Source of the DNA: Pseudovirgaria hyperparasitica
Lineage: Eukaryota
Direction: 5' to 3' (one strand)
Assembly (NCBI GenBank): GCA_010093815.1
Contig: ML996567.1
DNA length: 64,000 nt
The notes beneath the pieces were generated by a model. It had not been told where the DNA came from and ran no database searches. It saw only the letters and a program-made list of their open reading frames with translations. Positions 39,440 to 51,548 of this stretch are shown here, piece after piece (the first letter of the stretch is position 1; each line of letters begins with the position of its first letter). The translations under genes and the position numbers were made by a program.

Positions 39440-40551
39440 GATGAGTCGTGTGTGCAAGTCCCGTCGAGAATTCTCAAAAGTGATCAATCAACAAAAGACT
39501 AGGAAGAAGCCTGTCCAGATCGAATCAGCCCGACAGTCCGTCCAAAGCCGTAACCGTGTCTCGCAATAATCTTTCGATAAACGTATTGAGAGTAGGTATG
39601 GATGCAACGACTGTGACGTCGCCTGTCTCACACTTTCCCACTGAGTAAAGCAGGTTTACTCGACGTGCCGGGAAAAGGGATGGTCCACACTAAATAAAGG
39701 CATACACAAGGCCGACAAGGCAAACCCCGACTTAAGCTGACAAGGCACACTGCCGGGTGGTGCAATGCAATGCAAGGCTAATCTGCAACGCTGCTGTCCT
39801 CTCTCGCATGCGTCGTCGTATCGCGCCAGAGGTGATGCGAGACCCTAAAGTCTCGTCCTGGAATGCTGTTTTGATTGAACAGTCAGACCTGGGCTGCAGC
39901 GACGAACGTAGTGGTGAATACGGGCGACTGGATCAGCAGATGGTGAGAGATGATGTGACAGATATTCGTCAGAGCTCCCTTACCCCGCGATGTTTATGTT
40001 TGAGTGCTGATGTTGGATTGTTACCGACCTGATGTTTCAAATGGCCCGTGCTTCAAGAGTAGATGTGTGTGGATGTCTACATAGCATAGATGAGAAGGTG
40101 GGGGCTGTGCGTTGTGGCTTCGTAGGGCTGGCCAATCACAGACGATGTGTTTCGCAGCCTCAGCACTTCCTGTCCTGTATAGCTTCAATTTAGACATGTA
40201 ATATATACCCTGATCGGGAAGGCGGTATTCATCATAGTACAGCCTCACACGAAGCCTATCGACGTCATGATAGCCAGCCAGCTCGGTGCGATCTAGCTAT
40301 TAATCCGGCATAAATTTCCTACCTAGCAAGGAATTGGTTCTTTTTGCACAAAGGAAATATCCACTTACATGTCGAAGAAAACACATGTGTATGTACGGCT
40401 CCTACCCTATCCTACATAGGAAAAACCTCACGCCAATGACGCTGACGACGAAGCCAACGCCCACCGCTCCAGGCAAAGATATATGCACATGAAAACAACG
40501 ACAAGAGAGAGAGAGAAAGAGCATAGGTATATGTAGATATGTACGGCAAGG

Positions 40552-43380
40552 CTAATGCCCTGGCAACAACGTCTCACTGGCGCGCGAGATGATATCCCTC
40601 GTCTTGAGCATCATCTTCATAGCCAGCTTCCAGTCGCGCACTTCGAGCGCATCACGGATGAACGGGAACGTCACGCCTTCGCCGTCGATTGTCGAGGGCC
40701 CGAAGAGGACGTGCTTGTACTGTTCGCGGCCGGGGATCTTTTGTTCTCGTTAGTATGCAGTCAACAATATATACACATGTATATGGTTAGTAGGTGAGAT
40801 GAAAAACGGGGCAACTCACGCCATAGCCCACGCCATCGACGGGCTTCGCATCCCACGGCCAATCGAGCAAATGGCTCTCAAACGCAATGGCGCGACTGTT
40901 ATGGCCCCAGCGATGGGCCGCATTCGTGCGACTCTCGAACCCGCCTGTGCCGAGCACCTGGCTGTACCAGCGGTCCTCAAACGACATGAACTGCACGAGC
41001 TCGCGCTCCAGCTTGACGCTGAGCTCGCGCAGCGGTGTGATGTCGAATTCGTCTGCTTGTGCGCCTGCAGCAATGGCGTCCATCTCCAGCTCGTCGACGT
41101 AGTCCTTGAAGCTGTCGGAGAAGTCCTTGAAGTGGAACGGCAGCATGGGTTCTTGAGCAAGGTCGAGGATGAGTAGGACCCATATCTGTGCGAGTGCTGT
41201 GTGGTAGTGCATGTCCGGGTCGACGTGCTCGAGCATCCATTCGTATGTCTCGTAGCACGAGTGCAGCGGCCCACCGTCGCCGCGAAAACCGAAGTCCAGA
41301 GTCGTCATGCCGGCGAGAGATTGGAAGGGCACGTAGTCCCCACGGGCGTCGAGGTTGGTCATTTTAGTCGGAGTGTCTTGGAAGATCTCGCTGAAGGTCT
41401 TGTTGCGCACCGGGTCCGAGACGCGGCCGAGAATGCGGGTGAAGGCGCGCTCAAGCAGAGGTGAGCCGGATAGGTGGAGGTTGTCCCCAGACACACCGTT
41501 GTCGACGTTGATGTATGCGACGCCGGATGATCGTAGGTCGTCAATGTGGTCTTCCACAAATTCGGTCGAGCCCATGAGGTTGTATTCGGCTGCGTCCCAG
41601 GAGGCGAAGACGATGGAGCGGGCAGGACGCCAACCCTGGCGTTGGAGTTGGCCAAGTGTGTCAACGACTTCAAGCATGACAGCGGTTCCACTATGGGATG
41701 TCAGACAAGTCAACCAGTAGTCAAGTCACCTAATTCTTACCTTCCAGGATCGGCGGCTCCGAAACACCACGAGTCTCTATGGTTGCCGACGATGATCTTC
41801 TCGGTCGGCGTCTCGTACCCGTGATAGTACCCAATGACGTTGTGAATCTTCTGCGTGTCTGTCTCGGACTGTTCGTTCTGTATTCGAACAATGGGCGATT
41901 CCTCGTTACCTGACCACCAAACTTCATCTCCAGCACCGCCTCGCCAATCGTCTTGCAATTCTTCACCGTGACCTTCAAGGGAGGCTATGAGGTGTTTAGC
42001 GTCACTCCAAGATAGTGGTAAAGATGGTATTTTGACGAGACCAGGGTTGTTATGTTTAGGCTTTCGCGGTACAGTCGGTCGACTTGGATCACCGGGTGTG
42101 AGAACGTCACCTACAACATAACTTGTCAATGCGACTGAGCTCCTCTCCAAGCTGTCTTGAGGTCGATATTTGCCTTCCGGCCAGGTCTTTCCCTTGACAA
42201 ATCCATCATCGCTAGGATCTGTGTAGATCAGACAGCCCACTGCTCCCGCCTCTTGTGCGGCCTTTACTTTTGATGCTGCATCTTTCGGATGGCCACCGGC
42301 TCGCACCATGACAATAGCCCCCTCTACTTTAATTTGCTTGTCTGCAAGCCTTTTGAAATCTTCCCGAGATCCGTAATGTGCGTATATTAGAGGCCCTTGG
42401 GCAGATCCGCGCTTCGAGAGACCATGGTAAGCAAGCGTCTGCTGGGTACTCTGCTCGGCGCCGGGTGCAACGTAGGCATCAGGCTCTTCAATCTTTGCAT
42501 CCCACGCCTTATCTGCAGGTTCAACGATAGAGACCTTCCGGCCGTTTTCTACCGGATAGTTGAGGTACACTTCGTACTCCTCGACCATGACACCCTCTAG
42601 CCCACCCGCCTGAAATCTACGCTCAATCCATGTTCCTAGCTCATAATTACCCTTTGTACCTGCGACGTGATCGTAACTCGTGATGTATTTTAGATTATCC
42701 CGTATCCGGTCTGTGTTGATTGTTCCTTGAGCGAACTTCCGAACCCATTCCGGGTTGAAAGTCTGGCCTCCGAGCCCTCCTGACTGCATGCCGGGGAACA
42801 TCTCCGACACGAATAGCAAGTAGACCAGACTGACAACAAGAAAGAGCCCGAATAGGCGCGCTATTATAGGTAACGAGGGTCGATATCTGTCCGAGACCGA
42901 AGGCATCCGTATTCGACCCGTCAGCCATCGTACGTTCAGTTTTGGCAACTGTATTCTCGATAATGTTGTTGTCAGACTGCTGATCCTCTTCGAAAACATG
43001 CTCTGCCCTCCTCCTCCTCCTCCTCCTCCTCCTCTTCTTGCACTTGCTGCCGCTTCTTCGTCGTCAATGTCCATCTCATGCAACTCCCTCCGCAACTCCG
43101 CCTCCTCCTCATCCTCATCTGCAATCTCTCCGTTCACTTCCGGCAGACTCAAATCGCTGTCTTCACTATTTCGCACGCTCTGCACGCTCGGGGGCTGGTA
43201 GTAGCCATTTCGTCTCCTGCTCCCGGAGCTTGTAGCGAAAGCGTCGGGCTGTAAGAGACCTTGCCTCTCGGCGTCGTCGCTGACTTCTCGCGGACCAAGG
43301 TGGGTATTGGAGGATGTGGCTTCTTCATACGACGGGATGGGCGCATCCTGCACCTCGTACGGGTGCTTCTCGTCAGGCAT
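40552..43380 (-). CDS. M28 glutamate carboxypeptidase / transferrin-receptor-like protein (Tre1/Tre2/Vps70-like)
   Basis: PSYEEA motif, single TM segment, PA domain, GNHRDSWCFGAADPG, FASWDAAEY, YINVD, final exon IPGREQYKHVLFGP..LLPGH*. Confidence 0.9.
43008..43034. repeat. (CCT)n coding microsatellite (poly-Gly)
   Basis: CCT repeats encode GGGGGGGGG on the minus strand. Confidence 0.85.
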
Positions 43381-44362
43381 CTGATGCCGCGAATGGCAAA
43401 TGTGGGTTCGCGTCTGGCTCGCAGGGTGGACAATCCTTCAGCTGGTGCGGCGGTGGTTCGGGGGTAGGTGGGTGGGATGATTACGGGCCGCGCATTACGC
43501 CAGATGATTAGAGATAGATATAGTACAAAGAAAAGAAACTTGAAGGGACAACAGGAACGAGCGATGGAGTGTGCAAGTGTCACGGAAGCAGTGTTTGCGC
43601 GAGGAAAGTCGCAGGCTGGTGGAGTGGAGGCCGGTGAGGATGTTCCCCTGTGGTTGCGTCTCAGTATCGGTTTGAGCTATACCAACACCAACCCGGAACG
43701 AGAGATGCCAAGGCCAACTACGCGTACGCGGTAGAACATCCTTGGATCCACAATTACATGCACTTACGGATGATTCGTGACTTGATCCAGGAGAATGAAC
43801 CACCTCTCCCAGAGCTATATTGCCTTCAATGTTCAAGCCAATGACTCGATATCCCTGCAATTTGATCATCTTCAGCCCTACTGGACGCACAGAACATATA
43901 CAAGCACTAAAAGACCTCCATCGTCCTTGAGATGGCATAGGAACGCATTTCCTCAAGCTTCCTCGCTGAATGAAATCAGTCTCAAAACTAATCACAGTCA
44001 TCAATTGTGCCGTTCAATCCCTCAAAGGGCACTGAGAACAAGAAATCAAGATTCTTATTTTGAACAAAGTTTAATCGTAAAGGAAGATCATCCATGACAT
44101 TCTAACAATCACACTATCGGGGGCCGAGATTGACTTTAGGAGAGGTATTTAGCCTCCTCTAAGACATTTATCAAATATTCTATTCTGTATAAAATTGAGG
44201 CTTGGTGTATCACACTTCACGCGCTGTTCGCGAAGACATCCATGTACAACGAAAAACTCTCACAGTATGTGATAAACACACCAGGGAAAGGGAGAATGTG
44301 CCACCAGGGCAAGCTATCTCCACGCGGTCTTCAATCCTTTCCTCATCCCCTCTCTACACAAT

Positions 44363-45888
44363 CTAACCACTTCCTACCGCCTGCGGATTGTTAAACCTGG
44401 CCTCTGGGTCATACTTCTTCTTAATTTCTTCCAGCTTCGCATAATTCGGTCCCCAGTACCGTTTGTGTGCCTCATCCCTACTCAGACTTGGATCTGCGTA
44501 GTTCGAATACATCCCAAACACCGCGTCCGGCATCGCCTTCTCTACATTCTGCACCCACCCATTCATCAAGTCCATCCCGTCTGCCGGGAACTGGAACTTG
44601 CTATTGATGTTGTCGTAAAATTGCATCTTCAGCACAGCATTGCGGTGCGGATACGCGGTGGCGTCGACGGCAACCTCGCTGATCGCAGAACCCTGGCCGC
44701 CGTGTAGGTCAATGTTCAGAAACCAACTCCGCGTGTTGGCTTTCGCGGTCGTGAACAAGTAGTCTGACAAGGCGACGAGGCCATCGGAGGAGAGCGCTGG
44801 GCCCATAAGACTCTTGCAAAAGAATGTCTCGTGCTTGTCGTAGAAGTCGAGAGGTTGTTCCAATGGGCCGTTGGAATACTTGAGGAGGCTATCGATCCAG
44901 CCTTTGTCAGCAATCTTACCTGTAGGATTACCAAGCTTGGCAGTCAGGGGTGCGATGACTTCGGAGAAAGTTTTTTGAGGACCATAGTAGATGCCGACCA
45001 GGGAGAAGGCGTCCTTGTTGATGAAGAGTCGTGTCTGAAGTTCCTTGGGCTGCTTGGTGGTTGCAAATTCCTGGACTGCTGCAATGGCTGTTTGAGCAGC
45101 ACTGCTGTTCTCGATACCCAGGGCATACTCGAAGACTGTGTTCTCCTCCGGTGCCTCGAAGGTTTGAATCTTGAAGTTGGTGACGATTCCAAAAGAAGAT
45201 CCGGCGCCCCGGAGAGCCCAGAAGAGATCAGAATTCTCGGATTGAGATGCCTTCACGAGACTACCGTCTGCCAGTACGACTTCAGCCTCAACCATTGCAT
45301 CGAGGGTGAGGCCTTTTCGGCGAGACGAATAGCCGAAGCCACCGTGAAGAACAAATCCACCCAGACCGACTCTGTCGTTCATTAGTGGGATGATTATGAT
45401 GATAACAGTGTTACTGACTCTGGGCACATGCCCTGAGATATCGCCCTTTTGCCTTGGTCGTACAGACCCAACGCAATATTTCCAAGACGAGATCCGGAGC
45501 CAATGGTGGCGATTTTGCTACCTTGATCCAGCTGGACCTTGTTGAAGCGCTTCATGTCAATCACTAGGTGGCCATCCTCCCCACCAAGACCCCAGGACGC
45601 ATAGCTGTGGCCTCCAGATCTGGCAGATGCGGTAAGCTTGAGTTTGGCAGCACACTTCACCGCGGCTTGGACCTGGTCAACCGCCTCTGGGACCGCAATC
45701 GTAGCCGGAGTGAAGGGCACTCGAAGGTTGAAAGGCTTGCTAAGGCTTGTAAAGTTTGTTGAGCCAGGGGCTACCTGAGGAACAGAAGAGTCGTCCAGAC
45801 ATTCAGTGATGGGCGAGCGTCCAAGCAGGTAAGCATTGCCTTGGGTTATGGAGGCGGCCAAGAGCCACAAAGATGATACGAGCAACAT
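44363..45888 (-). CDS. Secreted FAD-linked berberine-bridge-like oxidase (AA7 glucooligosaccharide oxidase-like)
   Basis: Signal peptide, RSGGHSY, G.CP.VGLGG..LHGGFG, DLFWALRGAGSSFGIVT, YSNYAD..YWGPNY..L..IKKKYDP. One intron. Confidence 0.92.
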
Positions 45889-46721
45889 TTCGCTATCGTG
45901 CGTGATTATCAACTGCGTGACCTACAGCACTGTGGCGATGGGCTTGATATAATCATATAAGCCCATACATCAGAGCGGAGATGGACAGGGCCCGCACTTC
46001 TCCGATAAGTCGATTGCTCGAAACACTTAATTACACGACATCAGTCTGAGCGGCATGTGGCAAAGCGCATGAAAGTCTAATTGCTTTTGTCTCAGAAAAT
46101 CCTATGTTATTCAAGGTCTTAACTTTAGTGTGACGTGGGCAGACATGGATGGCGGGAGCCTGCAGTGAACTTGGACCTTAGTAGGAGGCCCCTCATCTGC
46201 TTACTAAGTGAAGTTACCAGTAGAACTTATAGTTTTCTTCCAGTCCGGTCATGTTCTAGTACCTATCTAGGATCGAAACATACCTTAACAGGAATATTAC
46301 CTCTCAATAAGCACTGATGCAAGACGAAGATAATACCGTTGCATGTGCAAGCCATGCCCATAGATTCAGTATACAGTATGTCTGGGGTAAGTGGGAGAAT
46401 AGGACCGCCGGTACTTCAAACAACACCGTGCTGTCATGCTCGGGATCCTTTCTCGGCATTTATCAATCTTAAGTGTATGCTGCCAGGATCTCCCCGCGAG
46501 ATGAACGCATGGATCGGCGCTTGGCCAAGTCGATGGATGCTATGTATAGCGGCCCTATACCTGTAACAACCGAAGGAGGTCCACTAATAGGTATGTCCCT
46601 GAAAGAGGGGAACTGTAATCAAAGCGTGAGCTAGATATCGTTATTATATTGAGGCTACGCCATCTCTCAGCTCTATTCTCTGTTTGTTTCACGGCCATTA
46701 CTCACTTTGATCTTGGCAATC

Positions 46722-47972
46722 ATGTTAGTCCATATGTATACACTGCGAAAAGCAATCGTCTTGGGCCCACTCTTCGCGGCTTGCACGCTTGGTGAAGACT
46801 TATTTGTGTCGCATTATGCCGGTCATGTTTCTTCTTTGTCTCTGCAAGGGACCAGTCTTACCGAAACATCCAAGGTGAAAGCCTGTGGATCGCTACCGTC
46901 ATGGCTCACGTTTGAGCCTCACACCACGAAGACTTTGTACTGTTCCGATGAGCAATCTGACGGTGGTCATGGCTCTCTCAGCGCCCTAAGTATCACTGAA
47001 GATGGGAAGCTTACGCCCCAGGTGAAGGTGGATGCTCCTCCGAGTGGTGTAGCTAGCACTCTGTACGGTGGTGACAGTGGCATCGGATATATCGCGATCG
47101 CGCATTAGTATGTATGGTTCAAACGATTGCCTCACAACCATACTAATCGTGGCAGTGGATCATCAACGGTCTCAACTTTCAAGCTGCCACTGACAGCTGC
47201 GTCGACAACGCAGAGAACATTCAATTATAATCTATCTTCCCCGGGTCCCGATCCAGCCAGACAGGATGCTTCTCATCCACATCAGGTGCTCACTGATCCA
47301 ACGGGCGCGTACATCTTTTCGCCTGATCTTGGAGCCGATACTGTTCGCGTCTACTCCGTCGAAAAGGAAAACGGAATGCTGAGCGAATGTCCTGGTCTGA
47401 ATGTGACCGGTGGTTCAGGGCCGCGACATGCTGCATTCTGGACGCCACCTTCATCGTACTCGCGCATCAGTCGTACGAGAGCAGGGACCAAATTGTTTGT
47501 ACTCAACGAGCTGAAAAACACGATAAGTGCTTACAGCGTGTTTTATCCCGCACACGGGTGTCCGTCGTTCAACAAGACTCAGGAGTTGAGTCCATACCCT
47601 GAGAACAAGGCAGCTCCTTCCGGTGCTGGTGCTGGTGAAATCCATGTCAACGGCCAATTTATCTACACGTCGAATCGGAATGACGGGTCGTTCTCTGGTA
47701 ATGACTCCATAGCAACATGGTCTATCTCGCCCATGGGCGACATGTCGTTCCTGACCTTGACGCCTTCTTATGGCTCATACCCACGGACATTTTCGATCAA
47801 CAAGGCCGGAGATAAGATGGCAATCGGAAATCAAATATCATCAAATGTTGCAATTGTTTCCAGAGACACGGAGACAGGCCGGTTGGGTGAATTGGTCGCA
47901 AATTTGAGAGTCGGCCCAGTCGGAACGCCGAAAAAGGGAGACGGTCTGAGCAGCGTCATTTGGGCGGAGTGA
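46722..47972 (+). CDS. Secreted lactonase-like beta-propeller (6-phosphogluconolactonase / muconate cycloisomerase family)
   Basis: Signal-like N-terminus, RQDASHPHQVLTDPTG..PDLGAD, GSGPRH, YTSNR, YPRTFSINKAG. One intron ~47108-47155. Confidence 0.88.
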
Positions 47973-48310
47973 GGGAAAAGAATCCAGTTTGCCATAGTTA
48001 AGAGACGCTGGTACCATATCCATGTATCGTTGTCGGTGTGTGAAACTTTTGAGGTTGTAAACTGACTTCGTGCGACGTGCCGCGCCGCGCACGGACTCAC
48101 GGAGGCGTGTGCGCGGTGACAGCTTTGAATGTCATCACGACAAAAAGAAGCCTCAGATGACGCGCAGCAAAAGATATACACAAGACACTAGAAGATTCAG
48201 CCAAGAGGATCCCGGCTCCTCCTAGAAATATCTATTACAGAACTCGCCGGTCAAATCTCCGCCGCTCCAGTATTCAGGATCCTACGAGAAATCAGAAACT
48301 CCTCATCGAA

Positions 48311-49510
48311 ATGAAGACTGACAACTACACTAATCTGTGCCTCGAGCAGGCGGCCTCCTCTCCCCTGCACTTCCGACATGGTTGCATCATCGTCAGCGGC
48401 GGCAAAGTCCTCGGACGCGGCTTCAACGACTATCGCCCAGGTTTCAACAGCGGCGTCCTGAAGAGTGGCCGCACGGGCTTGTCCACCTCCATGCCTGCTG
48501 CGACCCAGCACAAGACAAAGTCCAAGTTGTCGAAGCACAAGCCAAAGCCCAAGCCAAATAATCGGGGCTTTTCTATGCCGTTGTCCCTGCATGCCGAGAT
48601 GGCTGCCATCCACTCCGCTCTAGCCACCTCCACCGCGAACTCTGGCAGGATCCAGTGTTCTCTTAAACCGACGTTCAAAGTACCGGGTGGTTCCAAACGA
48701 AAACGAGCCCGGGCAGCCGTTCTTGAGGAGTACGTCGCCCGGGTTTGTGCCGCAGAGCCGGCCACCGGCAAGCTGCAGGTTCAAGAGTCGGGTTTTGAAG
48801 GGCCTGCATATCAACCAGAGTGGAGGGAACAAGAATGGCAAGCACAAGGTGTTGGTGAAGAACGAGAATGGGAAGGAGAAGAATTCGAATGAGCGTTCGG
48901 AGCGCGAGGTGAAATCCAGTCCGTCGGGGGCTAAGATTTTGTCGTCGTTGAAGCAGCAAAGACATAATGATGTCCGGCAGCGGGTGAAGTATCCGGGTCT
49001 TCATGGCGCGGATCTGTATGTTGCTCGTCTCTCGAACACGCCCGCCTCACCGTCTTGTGGTCATGATGTCTCAGAGCCTAGGTGTGTTGACTCTTCAGAC
49101 TCCTTTCAATCACTGACCAGCGTAGCAGCGCGCCTGCCAAGTCATCTCGGCCGTCGAGTCTGTCCTCGCTCCACGATGAACTCAGTGATGCATGTCATAT
49201 ATCAGAAGTCTCAGCGACTGTCACAGAAATCACTGTTCCGACACCGCGAGCCACATGTTCTCGGCCGTGTTATCGCTGCATCACATACATGCACTCTGTC
49301 GGAATCAAGCGCGTATTCTGGACCACGATATCAGGCACATGGACCGGATCCAAGGTGCGCGATCTAGTCGATAGTCTGGACTCGTGCAGCTTGGAGGACA
49401 CAGGGCATGAGGGTGACGACGAGCTTGGAAACACTGGCATGTTCGTCACAAAGCACGAAGTATTGCGAATGAGAAAGGCCATGCGCGGAGAAGATGGTGT
49501 TGAGGTTTGA
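48311..49510 (+). CDS. Zinc-dependent CMP/dCMP-deaminase-like protein split over three ORFs in two alternating frames
   Basis: RHGCIIVSGGKVLGRGFN and SLHAEMAAI in ORF 48311-48892; LHGADLYVARL in the +1 frame (ORF 48687-49367); SLHDEL..SRPCYRCITYMHSVGIKRVFWT back in the first frame (open 49091-49510). Confidence 0.85.
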
Positions 49511-49579
49511 TATCTCTTGGTATCATAAAGTTCCTTTTCTTTCCACATAGAGAAACCAAGTATCTTTATATGTTCTTCT

Positions 49580-50159
49580 TGTGAAAAGGGCAGGTATAAA
49601 TAGATATATAATATTCCTTATATAAGGAATATATATCTAAATAGAGTTATATAATAGGATCTAGCCGTAATAGACTATTATATAATAAACGGATCGGCGG
49701 AGTATAGCTTAAAGATAATAAGAATATAGTATAATTCTTAAAGTAAAGACTAGATAGAGAGAGAACTAAATACATAGAGAGACCGTTCCTTATATATTCC
49801 TCCTTATACATTCTAGATCCTTCTCTTAATTAATAATAGGAATCTTCTAGACCTCTAGACGTACGTATACGTTCTATAGCTCTAGTAGTTTCCTTAGAAT
49901 AGAATAGAGTAGAGTAGAACTCTATAGAACTTATAGACTCTATAGTAGAACCTAATAGAACTCTATAGAAGTTCGTGTTTCTAAAGACCTCTAGAAGTTT
50001 CTAGAGGGTTCTAGAAACTTCTATAAGAGTATAGAGTATTTATATATATAAGTAGATAATATTAGTAATATCGATTACTAATATTAAGCTATTCCTAATA
50101 AGGAAATACCTTATATAAACTTATTAGATATAGTAGAGGTTAAGTTTATACTTCTGTCA
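49580..50159. mobile_element. RIP-degenerated AT-rich relic, probably a solo LTR
   Basis: Sharply bounded ~580-bp block, very rich in TpA/TAG/CTA and depleted of CpA/TpG. Termini TG..CA (TGTGAAAAG..CTTCTGTCA); flanks CTTCT / ATTCT (4/5 match, possible TSD). Confidence 0.6.
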
Positions 50160-50285
50160 ATTCTCCATCCAAGCTTTATCGGATCGACTTTTGTTGGACA
50201 TAGCTTCATCCCTTGTGCCAAGAGCTAGGAAGTGACGCTTTGTTTCGGCCAGGTTTCCATCCTGTTACATCCATCGCCCAAACTT

Positions 50286-51089
50286 TCACGTGCAGGACAC
50301 GGCTGTAACCAAGCTTGTCTGCTCCTCCTCATCATTAACAGTCCTCACTTCGACTTCCTGCTTCAAACCGTTGCGAAGACGATGACGATAGTCCGCCAAC
50401 GTACGTTTCAAGTTGCGCTTCGTCTCGAGTGTATGCGTCTCGCGGCACCTTCTCACAACATCCTCATCGATTGGCCCCTCCCTCTCCTCAATATACATGT
50501 GCCTAATGACGACCTCCAATTTCGACAAGCACATCTCGTACCCACCAATATATTCCCCGCGATAGAGATTCGGCAAGTGCGCATAGCAATGGATGACGAC
50601 CGGCTCCATCCACTCAAACTTGACCGCATGCCTCCAGTCACAGTCAACAACCAACCGCACCAACCCAGTCGCAAGGTGTAGTATCGGCGCAATACTCGCC
50701 CCTATAGATCTGTATTCGCGGCAGCTCTCGTCCATGACAAACACATCCATTCGACGGAGCAGCACTGCCTTGTCGCGCATCTGACGCAGCGCATCTACAC
50801 TTTGTTCTATCCCCTCGTCCGTCGTACGCACGCACACGACGTTGCGGTACAGGATTGGCGTGGCTTCGGTGTTGATCGCGCGGCAGGTTTGCAGGAGGGC
50901 TGTACTTGGGGTGTCCTTCGTCTTGTGCTTGCCTGGGTGTTCTTCCTTGCTGTGTGCGCTGCCGGGACTTTGGAAGCAACTGTGTAGGGCGATTGGCTCC
51001 GATGATGCGAGGCTGAGCTTCCAGATGGCGTCTCGGAGCTTGCGCGGGAGCGAAAGCAGGCGGTTTGGCGCCATTTTGGCGGTGGACAT
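50286..51089 (-). CDS. F-box-like fungal hypothetical protein
   Basis: LLSLPRKLRDAIW...ALLQTCRAINTEATPILYRN motif pair. Confidence 0.7.
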   Translation of the reverse strand: MSTAKMAPNRLLSLPRKLRDAIWKLSLASSEPIALHSCFQSPGSAHSKEEHPGKHKTKDTPSTALLQTCRAINTEATPILYRNVVCVRTTDEGIEQSVDALRQMRDKAVLLRRMDVFVMDESCREYRSIGASIAPILHLATGLVRLVVDCDWRHAVKFEWMEPVVIHCYAHLPNLYRGEYIGGYEMCLSKLEVVIRHMYIEEREGPIDEDVVRRCRETHTLETKRNLKRTLADYRHRLRNGLKQEVEVRTVNDEEEQTSLVTAVSCT

Positions 51090-51548
51090 GGGTGGATGTT
51101 CGAGGATTGGAAGGGCGATTTAGATTAGGGGAGTTAGGTGAGGTTAGGAGTGGGCGATTGTTGTGATACAATCACGTGTCGGGCTTGAAAGTGGACAGGT
51201 AGGTGGGATATCAGTTCCATGACATGACTATTATACGCCAGGATGCACGCGTTAGGTCTAAGTCTTTCATTGTTTTCTTTTCTATTCTGGATTATGATGA
51301 TCAAGGTCCGTGTCTCGTAGTCGTCGTCTGCTAACGACCAATATTTCAAAATCCTGCTCGTGGGCTGTCAACCATGTTTTTTTCCAGTTTCTGATTTCTC
51401 CTACTCCTATATTGTGTTTCTCGAGTCAAAAGCTATGCAAGAATATCGCTCTGAAGATGGCATGCAACGTCCACCAGTAATGATGTTGCAGCATAGAGCG
51501 ATTGCCGTTGGTCCTCGAAGTAGCCACTAGGCACCGACCTGATCGGAT

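Noticed and set aside
48884..48893. Antizyme-style shifty stop at the end of deaminase ORF1
   Set aside because: GAA-TGA offers poor +1 re-pairing, and the +1 frame looks meaningful well upstream.
51121..51150. TTAGG-like units as telomeric repeat
   Set aside because: Only three degenerate, non-tandem units.
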